From positions 1-18,448 of the forward strand of contig CAWALK010000004.1 in assembly GCA_963782915.1 (NCBI GenBank): a DNA stretch of 18,448 nt, read 5' to 3'. Below the pieces are notes generated by a model that was not told where the DNA came from, ran no database searches, and saw nothing but the letters and a program-made list of their open reading frames with translations. This stretch comes from an uncultured archaeon. GTDB lineage: Archaea > Thermoproteota > Bathyarchaeia > Bathyarchaeales > Bathycorpusculaceae. Shown one piece after another: positions 16,514-18,448 of this stretch (position 1 is its first letter; each line of letters opens with the position of its first letter). A program made the translations under genes and the position numbers.

Positions 16514-16761
16514 CACTCGAAGGAGGCGGATTTTCTTTCGATTGCACTCTTTCTGCCCTGTTCTGACGCCGCCAATATGGCATCCGCGGATTCTTCACTG
16601 AGTGGCTCATTGGCGTTTAGAAAAGAGAGTATGCTTTTTGGGTCTCCTTTGTTTGCGCATTCTGAGAGCATTGTTTTGAAGAGTTCTGTGAAGGATTTTC
16701 CGTTTTTTATTCGGGAGAGTTCTTCGTAGACTTCGTCGGAGATTGATATTACTCGAACCAT
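16513..16761 (-). CDS. vapB: Archaeal VapB-type antitoxin
   Basis: MVRVISISDEVYEELSRIKNGKSFTELF is the typical N-terminus of archaeal VapB antitoxins. 82 aa from ATG 16761, translationally coupled to vapC. Confidence 0.88.
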   Translation of the reverse strand: MVRVISISDEVYEELSRIKNGKSFTELFKTMLSECANKGDPKSILSFLNANEPLSEESADAILAASEQGRKSAIERKSASFE

Positions 16762-16773
16762 CAAGACCACTAA

Positions 16774-16843
16774 ATACATGTATGCATGCATGTATATAAA
16801 TACCGAATAATCTGTATACAAAAAAATAATCTGGTATACAAAA
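16774..16843 (-). promoter_or_regulatory. vapBC promoter/operator region
   Basis: TTTATATA on the minus strand (16793-16800), 22-bp near-palindrome ATACATG-T-ATGCAT-G-CATGTAT (16774-16795), and a tandem direct repeat AATAATCTG(G)TATACAAAA (16806-16843). Confidence 0.7.
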
Positions 16844-17138
16844 GCATCACCGCCACACACTTGGCAAAATTAAAAGTGAACCACAACCACATTATGGTTA
16901 ACTAACTTGTGGGCCCCCATTCTGGGGCTACAGTCAAAAGAAACAAAACGGGAAATCCTATGAAAATTACTGTAAGATGGTTCCCCGCTTTATCGGCATT
17001 CGCTCGTCCAAACCGATAATATCAAAAAAACAATCGTAGTCACTTATTCCGAGAGCTTAAACGACCCAAAGCAGCAAAAGGTGGCCACAAAATCTTAAAG
17101 AGTTAAAACTCCATTAATCCTAAATGGAGTGTTTTGAT

Positions 17139-17440
17139 TTGTTTTTCATGGTTGTGGCTAAACACACGCTTGAATTTTGTCCAGGTGGATCTGTAAGACC
17201 CGATAAGGATTTCATAAAAAAGACTGAGGAAAACATAAAGAAGTCTGGGTAAAATTTGTTGATGCATACATGGATGCCCCAGGGCATGTATTCTATTTTG
17301 TTCTCGAAACAGATGATAACGCCGCTCTCAACAACGCTGTTGAACAGCTAAGGCTTGTAGGAGAAGTAACGATTGTTCCAGTAATGAAGTTTTTTAAAGA
17401 AGGCAGTGACTGGGCTAAGGCGATAGGAATTCAAAAGTAA
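17139..17440 (+). pseudogene. Small hypothetical protein (~100 aa; ferredoxin-like dimeric alpha+beta barrel style), split by one missing base; absent from the ORF track
   Basis: GGAGTG SD, then TTG 17139: MFFMVVAKHTLEFCPGGSVRPDKDFIKKTEENIKKSG*. Adding one G at 17247-17249 continues VKFVDAYMDAPGHVFYFVLETDDNAALNNAVEQLRLVGEVTIVPVMKFFKEGSDWAKAIGIQK*. The fold assignment is inference. Confidence 0.7.
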
Positions 17441-17497
17441 GGCTCCTCTATTCGAAGTGCAGGTTTATTTACCAAAAGCCTTGCATTACAAGCTTGT

Positions 17498-17781
17498 TTA
17501 CTCTTTCAGACCCAACTCTTCAAATGTATGAAGTAGCTCAGCTTTTGCCAAAGAAGTTTTTGACCACCCAAATTTCTCAATATATGTCTTCATAACTTGC
17601 AAGGACTTTTCATAGTTCGTTGCTTTCGTGACTAACGCATAATGCCATTCACTTATGGGTATGAAAAAACCATTAAACTCAACGCCTTCGGTCTGCTTGA
17701 TTATATTTTTCATTCGCTGCAGCAAATTCCTTAAACTCTTCAGGTGTCCCAGACCAATTGAAGTAATACATAAAACAACAA
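17498..17781 (-). pseudogene. Small hypothetical protein (~90 aa), N-terminus probably in a different frame from the ORF-track call
   Basis: An alternative frame from ATG 17771 reads MYYFNWSGTPEEFKEFA and joins RMKNIIKQTEGVEFNGFFIP... after removing one base at ~17717-17720. GGAGGTG SD lies 7 nt before TTG 17781. Confidence 0.55.
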
Positions 17782-17909
17782 AAAACTCCACCTCCGTTTT
17801 ACAAAAATTTGAAACTAAATCGATTAACTTTACGAAAAATCCGCTAACTATACCTTTAGAAAATCAACTAGGAATTGCCTATGTGAAAACAAAGGAATAG
17901 GCTATATTG

Positions 17910-18314
17910 TTATTTGAGGGCATAGACTTTGAAGCTGTATTCGCCCGTTGCCATGTTGTAGCTGGCGTCTGCCCAACCTTTAGTTGTATTAAGATATGCA
18001 AAATTTTTGGAGGCAGTCATGAACGTCAGGTTTTCCTCAATTTTTTCGATTGGAGCCGGGTCTACCATTTTTCCATTAGCTTTCCCCATTACCATGATTG
18101 ATTCGCCGTTACTGAAAATTATCGATTTCACATCGGCGTTCCCTGTACCGTCAGGTTTCATTAGGGCATTGTGTGTAGTCATAATTTGTCCTGTTATTTT
18201 TCCGCTGATTTTTCCTGCAACCATAATATCCATCTTTGCACCTTCTGGACTGAATTCCTTGAGGTTGATTGCCATAGTGTTTTCTTTTCCTTCAAAAAGT
18301 AATTCTTTTTCCAT
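17910..18314 (-). CDS. Hypothetical all-beta protein, possibly DUF3237/UPF0311-like barrel
   Basis: 134 aa with alternating beta-strand pattern and C-terminal FMTASKNFAYLN...YSFKVY. AAGGTGA SD upstream. The family call is from motif resemblance only. Confidence 0.7.
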   Translation of the reverse strand: MEKELLFEGKENTMAINLKEFSPEGAKMDIMVAGKISGKITGQIMTTHNALMKPDGTGNADVKSIIFSNGESIMVMGKANGKMVDPAPIEKIEENLTFMTASKNFAYLNTTKGWADASYNMATGEYSFKVYALK

Positions 18315-18448
18315 AAAATCACCTTCGCTCCTCCATTAAGGTGCTTTAAAACATAAACAATTGTGATTGTTCAATTACAGCAAATGACTAAAGTTCTAAC
18401 CAATTCGAATCTAATAGCTATGACACCTAATATCCTTAATTTACGGCA

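Noticed and set aside
16762-16860. 33-aa N-terminal extension of VapB in the ORF track
   Set aside because: It spans the TATA box and operator; the family-typical start is MVRVISIS at 16761.
16914-16926. CCCCA-N3-TGGGG shared with the hairpin at 7845-7857
   Set aside because: Only 5-bp arms and two occurrences; not distinguishable from chance.

Overview
Archaeal genomic window, probably Bathyarchaeia-like. That is an inference from the Sec11-type signal peptidase, archaeal TATA/oligo-T signals, VapBC pair and surface-protein styles. From left to right: tRNA-Val(TAC), a small membrane protein, a frameshifted GT39/ArnT-like glycosyltransferase, an MFS transporter, signal peptidase I, a membrane-anchored flavodoxin-like protein, two large frameshifted cell-surface proteins (collagen-like stalk plus a 14-repeat double beta-propeller; a duplicated NosD/beta-helix protein with a hidden C-terminal anchor), a CoA-disulfide-reductase/NADH-oxidase-family gene directly downstream of an orphan gcvH, myo-inositol-1-phosphate synthase, a stand-alone trypsin-like protease, vapB-vapC, and three small hypothetical genes (two frameshifted, one of them absent from the ORF track). 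Main observations: (i) a dispersed ~25-38 bp intergenic motif (TATA-like run plus G-tract) with at least six copies, five of which bracket the nox-gcvH-ino1 block in inverted orientation; (ii) a second Cys next to the YAPP motif of the gcvH-linked reductase; (iii) a VapC with Tyr at a conserved catalytic Asp position; (iv) at least six single-base frameshifts, most plausibly sequencing or assembly indels.
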